Shown here: positions 1-8,807 of the stretch, one piece after another
How positions within the stretch are numbered: position 1 is the first letter of the stretch
Layout: each line of letters starts with the position of its first letter
From: an uncultured bacterium
GTDB taxonomy: Bacteria > Lernaellota > Lernaellaia > Lernaellales > Lernaellaceae
Reading direction: 5' to 3'
Assembly (NCBI GenBank): GCA_964534375.1
Contig: CAZHPN010000092.1
Span: 1-22,533 of the forward strand
DNA length: 22,533 bases
Program-made: the position numbers and the translations under genes
The notes under the pieces: generated by a model
Database searches by the model: none
The model's input: the letters and a program-made list of their open reading frames with translations, nothing else
Told to the model about the DNA's origin: nothing

Positions 1-212
1 CCGCGGGGGCGAATCTGCGCGAATCGTATGGGGCGCTGTCGCAAAAGAGTTTCAATCCACGCCCCCCCGCGGGGGCGAATGCCGAACACTCCGCAATATC
101 CGTGGGTGCAAGTTGTTTCAATCCACGCCCCCCCGCGGGGGCGAATGCTGCCGACCCGGATATAGCAATGGTCGATTATCGTTTCAATCCACGCCCCCCC
201 GCGGGGGCGAAT
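1..212 (-). CRISPR. Type I-C CRISPR array (leader-proximal end; continues beyond the window start)
   Basis: Identical 32-nt repeats GTTTCAATCCACGCCCCCCCGCGGGGGCGAAT at 49-80, 115-146 and 181-212, plus a partial copy at 1-14. Three unique 34-nt spacers lie at 15-48, 81-114 and 147-180. The minus-strand repeat has a 7-bp stem CGCCCCC/GGGGGCG and the I-C-type 11-nt tail TGGATTGAAAC. Confidence 0.98.
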
Positions 213-396
213 CTTCTGCTGCCAAGTCGTTGTATACGCTTGGCTTTTAGACGCGTTTCCGCGAACCCCGTTGTTTCAGAGCGACCGCGCAAACCGTTTT
301 CACGGGTGTATGAAAAACACGTTTGTTTTTCATAACTTCCACCGGCGCGAACCGCCCGGGGGATTTTCTGATCGCTTCACGTTCGCGGAACGCAAA
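213..396 (-). promoter_or_regulatory. CRISPR leader
   Basis: Non-coding stretch between the cas2 stop and the first repeat, with AT-richer patches. It has an inverted pair CGCGAAC (346-352) / GTTCGCG (381-387), a third CGCGAAC (260-266) and an IHF-like CAA-N4-TTG core at 223-232. Confidence 0.8.
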
Positions 397-687
397 CTAT
401 ACTATCAACGGCCCCTCCGGGTCATATGTCGGCTTAGCGCCGACGTGATCTACGCGGCGTTTCCAATTGGCGCCAAGGAAGTAGAAACGGAGGCTGTCCT
501 CTTCCGCGTCGATCTCGTCGACAAGGCGAGCGCGGAACGCGGTCCATTGCGCGGGGTCGACCAGACACTCGAACACCGAGTTCTGCACGCGTTGTCCAAC
601 GTCCTCGCAAGCTTTGGCGACGTGCCGCAGCCGCCGGCGCCCCTCCGCCGACTCCGTACTGACATCGTATGTGACCAAGACCATCAT
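397..687 (-). CDS. cas2: CRISPR-associated endonuclease Cas2
   Basis: 96 aa with [18 protein letters not shown] and DSLRFYFLG motifs; lies directly after cas1. Confidence 0.97.
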   Translation of the reverse strand: MMVLVTYDVSTESAEGRRRLRHVAKACEDVGQRVQNSVFECLVDPAQWTAFRARLVDEIDAEEDSLRFYFLGANWKRRVDHVGAKPTYDPEGPLIV

Positions 688-705
688 GTCGTATTCCTTT
701 CCGGA

Positions 706-1737
706 CTACTTCCAAAGGAACGGCGGATAGCCGTCCAGATCGCCGCGCAGGCATCGCGCCAGGAGCAGCGCCTGCGCGTGCGGCAAAAGGCCGACCGCCA
801 GCGACTCATCCAGAAATGGGTGCCGCAGTTCCTCTTGCTTGCGCTCCTGATACGCGACCAGCACCGTCTTGCGCGTCTCATCGTCCATCATCACCGCGCC
901 GGTTTCGCTGGCGGTAAATCCGCTGCCTTTCACCTGCTGCCGGTTGACCAGCGAGAGCGCCAGGCGGTCGGCGATAACGGGCCGGAGTTCTTCCATCAAA
1001 TCCAAGGCCAGACTGGCGCGGCCCGGCCGGTCGCGGTGCAAGAAGCCGACCGCGGGGTCGAGTCCTACGCCTTCCAACGCCGAGGCCGCATCGTGGACCA
1101 GCAGCGTGTAGAGAAACGAAAGCAGCGCGTTCATGTTGTCCAGCGGCGGCCGGCGGCTGCGATCTTGAAAGGCGAAATCCTCTTTCTGGGCGACAATGAG
1201 CGCATCGAAGGCATCGAAGTAAACGCGCGAAGCGTTGCCCTCGCAGCCGCGAATCTGATCCACCGATTCGACGCAACCCAACTGGGTCAGCGAACCGCCG
1301 ATATCCAGGACCGCGCGCTCCAGACGGGCGGTTTCCGGATTGCCGGGGTGGTCGCGCAGCGCCCGCTGCAAGACCGTGCGCGCGTTCATGATCTTGCCGG
1401 CGACGATCGCCCGCGCCAGCGCGGCGGAGGCCGACGCATCGTCGGCCCGCCGGTATTGCTCGCGCCGCAGCAAAACATTGCCGGAAACCGGCCCCTGCAC
1501 CCGCGCCCAGAATCGGCCGCGCTCGCTGAGAAAGGAAATGGACACGCCGTGCTCGGCGCAATGCTGCATGAGCGGCGGCGTGCAGGTGACGCGTCCGAAG
1601 CAGACGACGCCGTCGAGCGTGTGAAGCGGCACGCGGAGTTTCGTTTCGTGCTCGACATCCACGGCGACCGTCTCGCCGTCGCAATGCAGATACGCCCCTT
1701 GTGTGGTGACGTATAGTGTGTTGAGCAGGTGTTTCAT
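706..1737 (-). CDS. cas1: Type I-C Cas1 integrase
   Basis: 343 aa with MKHLLNTLYVTTQGAYL, RGCEG, RSRRPPLD.MNALLSFLY, GLDPAVGFLH, LALDLMEELRP and the YPPFLWK end typical of Cas1c. Confidence 0.98.
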   Translation of the reverse strand: MKHLLNTLYVTTQGAYLHCDGETVAVDVEHETKLRVPLHTLDGVVCFGRVTCTPPLMQHCAEHGVSISFLSERGRFWARVQGPVSGNVLLRREQYRRADDASASAALARAIVAGKIMNARTVLQRALRDHPGNPETARLERAVLDIGGSLTQLGCVESVDQIRGCEGNASRVYFDAFDALIVAQKEDFAFQDRSRRPPLDNMNALLSFLYTLLVHDAASALEGVGLDPAVGFLHRDRPGRASLALDLMEELRPVIADRLALSLVNRQQVKGSGFTASETGAVMMDDETRKTVLVAYQERKQEELRHPFLDESLAVGLLPHAQALLLARCLRGDLDGYPPFLWK

Positions 1738-2447
1738 TTCATCGCGTCCCGCCCGCGTTCGACTTCAGCCAGCGCGCGAGAGAGATACGTCGCGGCGCTG
1801 TGGTTTCCTTCCGTGGTTTTCGGTTCGCAACGGGCGAACATGGAGCAGCCCCAACACTTTTTTTCAAAAACCGCGGGCGGCGTTTCTTGAGCGGCGAGCA
1901 TGGCGCGCAGATGCACGGCGGCGAGTTCCGTTTCCTGCCGCAGAGTCTGGTCAAAGGGAACATCCAGCCGGCGGTTGGTCTTCGCGTAGAATAACGCGCC
2001 GGCTGGGATCTGGCAGGCCAGCATCTCTTCGAGGCAAATGCCTTGCGCGCAAAGTTGGACTTCAAACCCGCGTTCGTGCCGTCGCTTCCCCCGTTTGTAC
2101 TCCACGGGAAACGGGCGCCACCGTCCAGACGCACCCGCCAAGGCAATGTCTTCGGGCGGCCCCGAAGCGTCCCGCGGGCAGTCGTCGGGCATTCGATGGA
2201 ACTCAACCACGTCGGCCACGCCCGACAGCCCGAGCCGGAGCGAGCGCAGGCGCAGGCTGCGGGCGATTCGCAGATCGGCGCGGGCCTCGGTCTCCGGCTC
2301 GTGGGCGCGGTCGTGTATGACGATCCCCTCGGCAGTGGCGACGTTGTCCTCCCATTGCCCTTCCAGGAAGATCAGGGCTGCACGGCGCGGACAGAATAGA
2401 AATTGTGACAGCGCCGAGATTGCCAGCAGGTCTTCCTCGTCGAACAC
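1734..2447 (-). CDS. cas4: CRISPR-associated exonuclease Cas4
   Basis: GTG start. N-terminal Cys (FCPRR) plus C-terminal CWGCS..RC for the 4Fe-4S cluster, RecB-like DVVEF / PVEYKRG and QLCAQ..CLEEM. ATGA overlap with cas1. Confidence 0.96.
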   Translation of the reverse strand: MFDEEDLLAISALSQFLFCPRRAALIFLEGQWEDNVATAEGIVIHDRAHEPETEARADLRIARSLRLRSLRLGLSGVADVVEFHRMPDDCPRDASGPPEDIALAGASGRWRPFPVEYKRGKRRHERGFEVQLCAQGICLEEMLACQIPAGALFYAKTNRRLDVPFDQTLRQETELAAVHLRAMLAAQETPPAVFEKKCWGCSMFARCEPKTTEGNHSAATYLSRALAEVERGRDAMK

Positions 2448-2450
2448 GGC

Positions 2451-3434
2451 CTACAGTTCCAGCACCGAGACGCCGGCCGGCAGGTCTCGTTCAACCTCGT
2501 CGAGCGTCGGCACGACGTAATCGGCAAACGAACGCGGCGCGTTAACGCCGTCTTTTTTGCGGATTTTTGTTTCGACGAGAGCGAACAATTCATGCGCCGG
2601 CGCGCAACCGAGTTTCGCCTGGCGCTTCCGTTGCTCGCCATTGGTGTCGGTGCCGTCGTGCCGGAACAGGAAACCTGGGCGGTGCACGGTCATGATGCCC
2701 TTGCTGGCCGAGCGGTCGTGCTCGAACATGTTGCGGATGGCTTCGCGCAAGAGAGTTAGGTCATCCTCCGAGAACCCAGTGCCCTCGGCGAGGTTCGCGC
2801 TGATAAAACCTTTGCCGACAAACAGGCCGTAGGGAATGAGCGACTTTCGGCCCATGGTGCGCAATTCGTCCTCCGGCTGCCTGTCTTCCCAGGCCTCAAA
2901 ATCCTTTGACGTGATTTGGGGGCCCTTGATCTCGTTGTCGGCCACCGCCATACGCGTAATGGACATATCGAGCGGCTGCACGGCGTCGAACGAACGAGCG
3001 AACGCGAACTGCACGGGGCCACGAATCTGGCCAGCATTCGGACCGGTGGACAGCACCGCCCCAAATGCGCGAACATCAAAGAAGTTCCCACAGAGCCACT
3101 TTCCAGCGGCCGAAGCTTTTTCTTTGGTGGATGTCCATCTCTTTTTCGTCCCATCGTAGGGAGGCATGCCGCCTGTATTTTCGTGGGCTAAAGCGATCTT
3201 GGTGTTCAGGTTGGTGGCGTGTTCGACAAAGACGGCATTTGGCATTTGGTTGCCGTTGGCGATCTGGACGTAATTGCGAATGCGGCGCTTGAGCGCGACG
3301 TCGGACACGAGGCCGTGCATGTCCTGCGGGTCCACGCGCGGCGCATTGCCGGAGTCCGGATCGCCGTTGGGATTGCCGTTGACGCAATCGAAGAGGAACA
3401 GGAACTCGTAGCGGTTTTGAAGAGCGTTCGACAT
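2451..3434 (-). CDS. cas7: Type I-C Cas7/Csd2 backbone subunit
   Basis: [57 protein letters not shown] and [10 protein letters not shown] motifs. Confidence 0.97.
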   Translation of the reverse strand: MSNALQNRYEFLFLFDCVNGNPNGDPDSGNAPRVDPQDMHGLVSDVALKRRIRNYVQIANGNQMPNAVFVEHATNLNTKIALAHENTGGMPPYDGTKKRWTSTKEKASAAGKWLCGNFFDVRAFGAVLSTGPNAGQIRGPVQFAFARSFDAVQPLDMSITRMAVADNEIKGPQITSKDFEAWEDRQPEDELRTMGRKSLIPYGLFVGKGFISANLAEGTGFSEDDLTLLREAIRNMFEHDRSASKGIMTVHRPGFLFRHDGTDTNGEQRKRQAKLGCAPAHELFALVETKIRKKDGVNAPRSFADYVVPTLDEVERDLPAGVSVLEL

Positions 3435-3473
3435 CTTGGTATTCCTTTCTCTAATAAATTCCGTTTTACGCCG

Positions 3474-3878
3474 TTATTGCTTGTCCGGTTCGGATTTCGC
3501 GCCTTCTCGTTTGGCCGCAATTTTTTCGCGGCGTTCGGCGCGGTCATGGGCCATCTGCTGGTAGTAACCGAGAGCGAAAAGGGTCTGTTCTTCGAGCGCG
3601 AGCGTCGCGGGGACGTTGTCTTTGACATGCGACCAGATCGCGGCGAGTTTGTCCTCGTATAAATACCCGTACTTGCTCTTGCCAATATGGAACTGCGCCG
3701 TGCGGATGAGCCGCCCGAGCACGAGCGCGGGCGTCGCGCTTGCGGCGGCATAGTAACGCTGCACCACGCCGGCGCCGACATCGCCCAACGCGTCGTACTG
3801 AAGGTCGGCGAGCACTGACATCAATCGGCCGCATTGGTAGGCGACATGGGGATGTTCTTCATTCAGGATAGGCTGCAT
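3474..3878 (-). CDS. cas11: Cas11c small subunit, internally translated in-frame from cas8c (134 aa)
   Basis: In-frame ATG at 3878 preceded by a strong SD (GGAGGA-cgaaaagat-ATG), just before the AYQCGRL helical domain. This matches the known hidden Cas11 translation in type I-C. Confidence 0.8.
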   Translation of the reverse strand: MQPILNEEHPHVAYQCGRLMSVLADLQYDALGDVGAGVVQRYYAAASATPALVLGRLIRTAQFHIGKSKYGYLYEDKLAAIWSHVKDNVPATLALEEQTLFALGYYQQMAHDRAERREKIAAKREGAKSEPDKQ

Positions 3879-5324
3879 ATCTTTTCGTCCTCCGTCTTTG
3901 CGTATGTGGTATGCCTTCAGCAGCGCCATTCGGGCCTGTAGAAGGGCTATTGCATCTCTTAACGGCCGCATCTTCGTTCTTTCTGGCTCTCTCTCTTTCA
4001 TGATCTCGTGCAGAGTCCCGCTGCCGATAAAGTCGGCCTGAAGTCTCGGCAGCCGCTGAACGTTGGAAAAGGGAATCGCCGTCCTAAAAAGGGCTGCGTG
4101 CCAGAGAGGGGGACGCAGAGCCGTGATCGGTTTCACCCAATCGAGATAGTCCTGCTCGCGTCTCTTCGGCCGCAAAACACACGTCGCGACCTTCTCGAAG
4201 GCGGATGCGCACGTCGTTGTTAGCCCGGTCGGGCTACAGATCTCAAGATCATCGAACCAGTAGTTGATGTTTTGGACCAGTGTTCTAAACTCGCTCACCG
4301 TCCAATCGCGCACCATTACTCGCCCTGAGGCGCCGGAAACGGTCATTGCATAGTATAGGTTATCGTGAAGGTCCGGCCTTTCTCCGGATCGTATTGCCTC
4401 GAGGATCTCGCGAGCTTTAGCTTGAGCAACGCCTTCCTCCTGTTCAGGGGAGGTGTTGATGCATGAAAACGGGTCGTCTTCCGGAGAAACCGATTGTTTG
4501 AACCAGTAAACAACCTTGGTTCCGACGAGGCGAACACTATGTTCCTCGACGAGTGCGTTAAGGGAGTCGCGGTACTGACACATCGCTTCTTCCGAAACGG
4601 CGCCGTTTTCGGATGGCTTCAGTCCGTATGAACGAAACGCATCCTTATCGAAACAGACAAGAACATCGCCGAAGCCTCCACCGCCCACGCTTCGCAATCC
4701 TTTGATCGGGAGATGCTTCGCTACCGGTATAGCCATTTCGCCAGTGGCAAAGCACCTCATTTGCCCGGTGACTCCGGTTCTGAGAGAGGCGCGATAGGTT
4801 CGCCACCAACCATGCCACGCGTCAGATTCCAACACGAATTGGTCTTCCACGCGGAGGGTAATTTTGTCGGTAGGCTTGGCGCGGCTTTCCTTCAGACGTG
4901 CCCGTACGGAAGCGAGGTTCGCCGGATCGGCAAGAAACGCGCCGGCGACACCTAGCGCCGGCATCGCTTTTGCGGATTCTTGTAGGAGATTGACGAACGT
5001 TTTGTGCTTGGCACGGTTCTTGGCAATGGTTTCCGGCGACTCGTTTTCCTTGAAAAACAGTGCCACAACCTGGGCTGTTTCCGCCAAGAAGTGACAGCGC
5101 GCGCCGCCTTTTTTGACACTTACCAACTCATTTTGGCCGAGTTCTGGGCACTTGGGAAAACGTTGGCCGGGGTTGTTCTTGTCCTCGGTGTTGCCCAATT
5201 CATGGACTTCGAGAAAGCGACCATCGGCCGTGCATTCGATCGCCCACCTGATGTCTTTGGGTGCGAATCCCGGTTCCGCGGCCTCGCCGTGTTTGCGGCC
5301 GTATTCCAATAATTGCTCAAGCAT
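3474..5324 (-). CDS. cas8c: Type I-C Cas8c/Csd1 large subunit (616 aa)
   Basis: Start reassigned to the ATG at 5324 (MLEQLLEYG), which follows GGAGGG and overlaps the cas5 stop. LVCFDKDAFRSYG, SGASGRVMVRDW, AYQCGRL and EEQTLFALGYYQQ motifs; sits between cas5 and cas7. Confidence 0.93.
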   Translation of the reverse strand: MLEQLLEYGRKHGEAAEPGFAPKDIRWAIECTADGRFLEVHELGNTEDKNNPGQRFPKCPELGQNELVSVKKGGARCHFLAETAQVVALFFKENESPETIAKNRAKHKTFVNLLQESAKAMPALGVAGAFLADPANLASVRARLKESRAKPTDKITLRVEDQFVLESDAWHGWWRTYRASLRTGVTGQMRCFATGEMAIPVAKHLPIKGLRSVGGGGFGDVLVCFDKDAFRSYGLKPSENGAVSEEAMCQYRDSLNALVEEHSVRLVGTKVVYWFKQSVSPEDDPFSCINTSPEQEEGVAQAKAREILEAIRSGERPDLHDNLYYAMTVSGASGRVMVRDWTVSEFRTLVQNINYWFDDLEICSPTGLTTTCASAFEKVATCVLRPKRREQDYLDWVKPITALRPPLWHAALFRTAIPFSNVQRLPRLQADFIGSGTLHEIMKEREPERTKMRPLRDAIALLQARMALLKAYHIRKDGGRKDMQPILNEEHPHVAYQCGRLMSVLADLQYDALGDVGAGVVQRYYAAASATPALVLGRLIRTAQFHIGKSKYGYLYEDKLAAIWSHVKDNVPATLALEEQTLFALGYYQQMAHDRAERREKIAAKREGAKSEPDKQ

Positions 5325-6057
5325 GGGTTTGCCCTCCAGCGGGTTTGAGAACCTGCTCGCTTTCAAACGGCGGCACTTCGAGCACTCCCGCCGTGACGCG
5401 CGCACGAAAGACGCTGATAAAGGGCCGATCGTCGGGGCCGCCGGGAACGGATAGATTGAAAACGTCGTAGAGCATGATCCCGATTTCCCGCGAGAAGTCG
5501 GCGCACGGCAGCGGCTGGGGATCGTCTTCCTCTACCAAGCGAAAGAATGCAGGAAACTCGCGGCAACCGAAGCTTGGCTGTTGGAAGCACTGCCCGCGAC
5601 GCGCGCGGCGCCGAAACTGCTCGTTCAGCCCGTTCACCTTGGCCGCGAACGCGGGCCAGGGCACGATTTCGGCGTGTACGCGATAGCGAACGTTTTTCAG
5701 CGCCATCGTCTGGCGTTGCGTCCGACCTTTCATGTCGGTTCCAAGTTCTTCCGACGTGCCGTCAGCCCAAAGCGGTTCAGGCGGCGCCTTGCCGCTCATC
5801 CATTGCTGAATGGCGCGCTCGGGGGCTTTGTCTTTCACCTCATTGCGCCGTAAGGGGATGAACGTTGGCGGCGAGAGCACTTCGATCCGCCGGATTTGCC
5901 AGCGGAACTCGGTGCGCTTGAAGTAAATCGCGTCGAAGATTCCCCGCGCCGCGGACGGGGTCATTATCGGGTAACTGAATCGCTCGACTTTCATTTCGGG
6001 TCTGGAAAAACATGCAAAGTCGCCCCAGACCTCCAATACATGGCCGTTATTCTTCAT
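5317..6057 (-). CDS. cas5: Type I-C Cas5 (Cas5d/Cas5c, crRNA-processing)
   Basis: LEVWGDFACFSRPEMKVERFSYPIMTPSAARGIFDAIY, RRNEV, RTQRQT.AL..V.Y and RGQCFQQPSFGCREFPA.F motifs; SD GGAGGAGG. Confidence 0.97.
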   Translation of the reverse strand: MKNNGHVLEVWGDFACFSRPEMKVERFSYPIMTPSAARGIFDAIYFKRTEFRWQIRRIEVLSPPTFIPLRRNEVKDKAPERAIQQWMSGKAPPEPLWADGTSEELGTDMKGRTQRQTMALKNVRYRVHAEIVPWPAFAAKVNGLNEQFRRRARRGQCFQQPSFGCREFPAFFRLVEEDDPQPLPCADFSREIGIMLYDVFNLSVPGGPDDRPFISVFRARVTAGVLEVPPFESEQVLKPAGGQTHA

Positions 6058-6140
6058 GCCTCCTCCTTTCCGTTCTCCGCGAGAAAGCGGGCGGAGATTT
6101 GCAGCCAGCTCGCGTTATGATTTTGTTCCTGTATTTTCAT
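6054..6140 (-). CDS. Putative leaderless 28-aa upstream peptide (MKIQEQNHNASWLQISARFLAENGKEEA)
   Basis: The ATG lies 7 nt after the -10 box. The frame is open up to a TGA that overlaps the cas5 ATG (ATGA). Too short for the ORF track. Confidence 0.4.
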   Translation of the reverse strand: MKIQEQNHNASWLQISARFLAENGKEEA

Positions 6141-6146
6141 GAGCGA

Positions 6147-6175
6147 ACTCTAACGCACAGGAAACGGCTTGTCAA
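6147..6175 (-). promoter_or_regulatory. Sigma70-type internal promoter for cas5-cas8c-cas7-cas4-cas1-cas2
   Basis: Minus strand: TTGACA (6175-6170), 17-nt spacer, TAGAGT (6152-6147), in the cas3-cas5 gap. Confidence 0.75.
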
Positions 6176-6193
6176 ATTCAAAATCGCCCCCCA

Positions 6194-8512
6194 TTAACCG
6201 ATTAGAGCGTGCAACGAATCGCGGGCGTCAAACCCGCGGAGTCGGTCGTAATCGTTTGCATTGCGGCAGAAATACCAATCCGTTGCTTGACCGCCCCCAT
6301 GCAAGAAGACCGCTTCGGCTCGGCTATGAAAGGCGGCTTCGTTTGCCGGACGGAAGATACTCACAGCATGGAACCGCGCAGTGGCCAGCCACTCGCGGGA
6401 CAATCCCTCATTTCGATTTCGCGCCCGACAAACCAGCTTCGGGTATACTTCTGGATCGTAGGGAACTAGGACATTCACGGCGTCTTTGTCGATGAGCTTG
6501 TAAAGTTGGGCGACCGCGGCGAAATCCTGGTTTTCGAACGCCTTGTCCAACTTCTTGCAAAGATCCTCCGGCCGCGCGAGCGCATAGAGATTACGATAAT
6601 AGCGGTCGATTTCCTCCGGCGCGTCGATTTTGCCGAACCAGTCCAGCCCAAATTTCTTGATCATGCTTGTCAACACGTCGGCGGCTCGCTTATAGCCGCC
6701 TGGCGGATAAATAGGATGACCGTCGTCCTCAGGTCGAAACACGCGCACCTCGCCGCGATCCTGCAGACCGTTGCGGTTGCAGCGGCCGGCGGCCTGGGCG
6801 ATGGCGTCGAGCGGACCGAGCGCGCGGTAGACGGTGGGGAAATCGACATCGACGCCAGCCTCGACGCATTGAGTGGAAATCAACCGGCAGCGCTCGCCGT
6901 TTTTCAGCCGGGCGCGGACCTCAGCCAAGACCTTAATTCGATGCGCAGGACACATGTTGGTCGAAAGGTGAAACAGGCCGCTCTCGCCCGATGCAGATTT
7001 TAGGCAATCCAACAAATCAAGCGCATGGCGCTTCAAATTGACGATACACAAAACCTGCTCCTCTTGAGCCAGCCGCTCAGCCAGTTCCGCCCAGGGAAGT
7101 GGTTTGTCGGGGTCCAGACAACTGATCTTTGTTCGCCGGGAAGCGCGGAACATCGCGGGAACATCGGCGACGATTTCGGTCGGTTGCCAGCCGAGGCCTT
7201 CCGGGGTTTCGCGTACCTTCTCGCTTAATGATGCGAAGGCCGGTTGCGTCGCCGTGGCGAAAACGATGCTGGCGGAGTAACGCGCGGCAAGATGCGAGAG
7301 CGCTTTTAGGGTGGGCACGGCGAGCGAGACCGGCAACGTCTGCACCTCGTCGAATAGAATGATGCTGCCTGCCAGCCGATGCAGCTTGCGGCAGGCGCGA
7401 GGACGATTGGCGAACATGGATTCAAGCATTTGCACGCTGGTCGTGATGACGAGCGGCGCGTCCCAGTTTTCGGCGAGGTTGCGGGCGCGTTCCGCCGGCC
7501 CCTCGCCATCGGCGTCGTCAGCTTGTTTCGGCGAGTTCAGGCCGGCCAGGCTGTGATGTTCGAGGAGATATCGGTCGCCGAATTCCGCATCGAAAATCTC
7601 GCGATACGTCTTCGCTGTCTGCTCGATGATGCTCAAATACGGGATGACGACGACGACGCGCCGGAAACGGTCGGGGTGAGCGGCGGCATGGGCGAGGGCG
7701 AAAGCGAGCATCGAAAGCGTCTTGCCGCTGCCGGTGGGCGCAGAGAGCGAAAAGAGACCGGGCGGCAATTGCGCCGCGTTGCGACAATCGGCCAGCAGCT
7801 TTTCCCGTAGCGCGAGAATGTTCATCGCAGCGCCGGATTTCTGTTCCGGACCTTTCTTTGTCGTTTCAATGTACTCGAGCAACCGGGCAAGGGCTTTCTC
7901 CGCTTGGAGCAGCGGCGGGGACTCCCGATAGCTTTTTTGCTCGCCCGGCCGCGCCTTGAAATGCGCCTCCGTTTCCAGCCAGTCGGCGTCGACCAGCGCC
8001 GAGAATAGCATGCGGGTGTCGAGCATGGCGGCGACAGTTGCCTTCATGGACACGAAAGGCGGGGGCGTAGGCGGCGGGGGCAAATCAAGACCGTCCGCTT
8101 GCAGGCGATTCAGAAGTTCCGTTTCTTCGTTCGCGGTCAAGCGCACTCTACGGGCCAACATGCTCTCGGGTTTAAGGCTTTGCAGGCCAGCCTTGTTAGC
8201 CTGTTGCAAGCCGGTGTGGTGTCCTTGAATTGCGAATGTGGTAGGGACGGCATAATACTTAATGTAGGCCGCCCAAGCGCCGAGCGACCAATGATCGAGG
8301 CCGGAACCGATGCCTTTGAGCCGATCCTGAAAAAGCGATCCGTATTTCCCGAGGTCGTGAAGCAGACCGGCCAGCCATGCTTCCTGCTCGCCGCCGAAAG
8401 GTCGGGCAAACTCTGCCGACGCGCGCGCGACATCATTCAAATGGTCGCGGAGTGGTTCGCAATATCCGTTTTTGTTCGCGCTATGAGCAAAATAACGGGT
8501 CTCGTCCATCAT
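6194..8512 (-). CDS. cas3: CRISPR-associated helicase/endonuclease Cas3 (HD + SF2 helicase)
   Basis: YFAHS..DHL, LHDLGKY, GHHTGL, RMLFSALVDAD, APTGSGKT, DEVQ, TAT, STQCVEAGVDVDF and QAAGRCNR motifs. Start at ATG 8512 or 8509 after GGGGGA rather than the TTG at 8521. Confidence 0.97.
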   Translation of the reverse strand: MMDETRYFAHSANKNGYCEPLRDHLNDVARASAEFARPFGGEQEAWLAGLLHDLGKYGSLFQDRLKGIGSGLDHWSLGAWAAYIKYYAVPTTFAIQGHHTGLQQANKAGLQSLKPESMLARRVRLTANEETELLNRLQADGLDLPPPPTPPPFVSMKATVAAMLDTRMLFSALVDADWLETEAHFKARPGEQKSYRESPPLLQAEKALARLLEYIETTKKGPEQKSGAAMNILALREKLLADCRNAAQLPPGLFSLSAPTGSGKTLSMLAFALAHAAAHPDRFRRVVVVIPYLSIIEQTAKTYREIFDAEFGDRYLLEHHSLAGLNSPKQADDADGEGPAERARNLAENWDAPLVITTSVQMLESMFANRPRACRKLHRLAGSIILFDEVQTLPVSLAVPTLKALSHLAARYSASIVFATATQPAFASLSEKVRETPEGLGWQPTEIVADVPAMFRASRRTKISCLDPDKPLPWAELAERLAQEEQVLCIVNLKRHALDLLDCLKSASGESGLFHLSTNMCPAHRIKVLAEVRARLKNGERCRLISTQCVEAGVDVDFPTVYRALGPLDAIAQAAGRCNRNGLQDRGEVRVFRPEDDGHPIYPPGGYKRAADVLTSMIKKFGLDWFGKIDAPEEIDRYYRNLYALARPEDLCKKLDKAFENQDFAAVAQLYKLIDKDAVNVLVPYDPEVYPKLVCRARNRNEGLSREWLATARFHAVSIFRPANEAAFHSRAEAVFLHGGGQATDWYFCRNANDYDRLRGFDARDSLHALIG

Positions 8513-8807
8513 TTCCCCCAATCGCTAGTTTTACGGCGTTATAGGACACTTGAGCATATCACCGCCGGCCGGTTCCGCGATAAGAATACCAACTCCATGC
8601 GACATCCCGGGTCGCACCCGCTCAAATTTCCGCCGAGCCGCCGCGCGCGACCGCCTCCGGTCGATTCCGGAGCGGCAAAATACGATGTTGTTTGACTCGG
8701 TCGCCTGCCCACATCCGCCAGCGAACCCCTGGATGCTTCGTGCAAAGTTCGCGTCAACCGCTGGTGGAGGTTGAAGAATAGAAAACCGGGGACGGGGAGT
8801 CAATGGC

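Noticed and set aside
271..1716. Long plus-strand ORFs (271-1716, 10267-11352, 11298-13451, 14291-15394 and others)
   Set aside because: Antisense shadows of well-supported minus-strand genes in high-GC DNA, with no recognisable motifs.
5325..5405. N-terminal extensions given by the ORF track (cas8c from 5405; also bioY 9565, FGE 17658, propeller 19892)
   Set aside because: Downstream ATGs have SD sequences and give family-typical N-termini or signal peptides.
6175..6192. Half-repeat look-alike (GGGGGGCGATTTTGAAT on the minus strand) just after the cas3 stop, as a possible CreA/CreR mini-array
   Set aside because: It lacks the 5' stem arm and a convincing second repeat, and the would-be spacer is the promoter itself and only about 26 nt.
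8458..8469. 12-nt match (CGCAATATCCGT) between spacer 81-114 and the 5' part of cas3, suggesting self-regulation
   Set aside because: The match is in the middle of the spacer. The PAM-proximal seed is mismatched and there is no TTC PAM; a 12-mer hit is plausible by chance.
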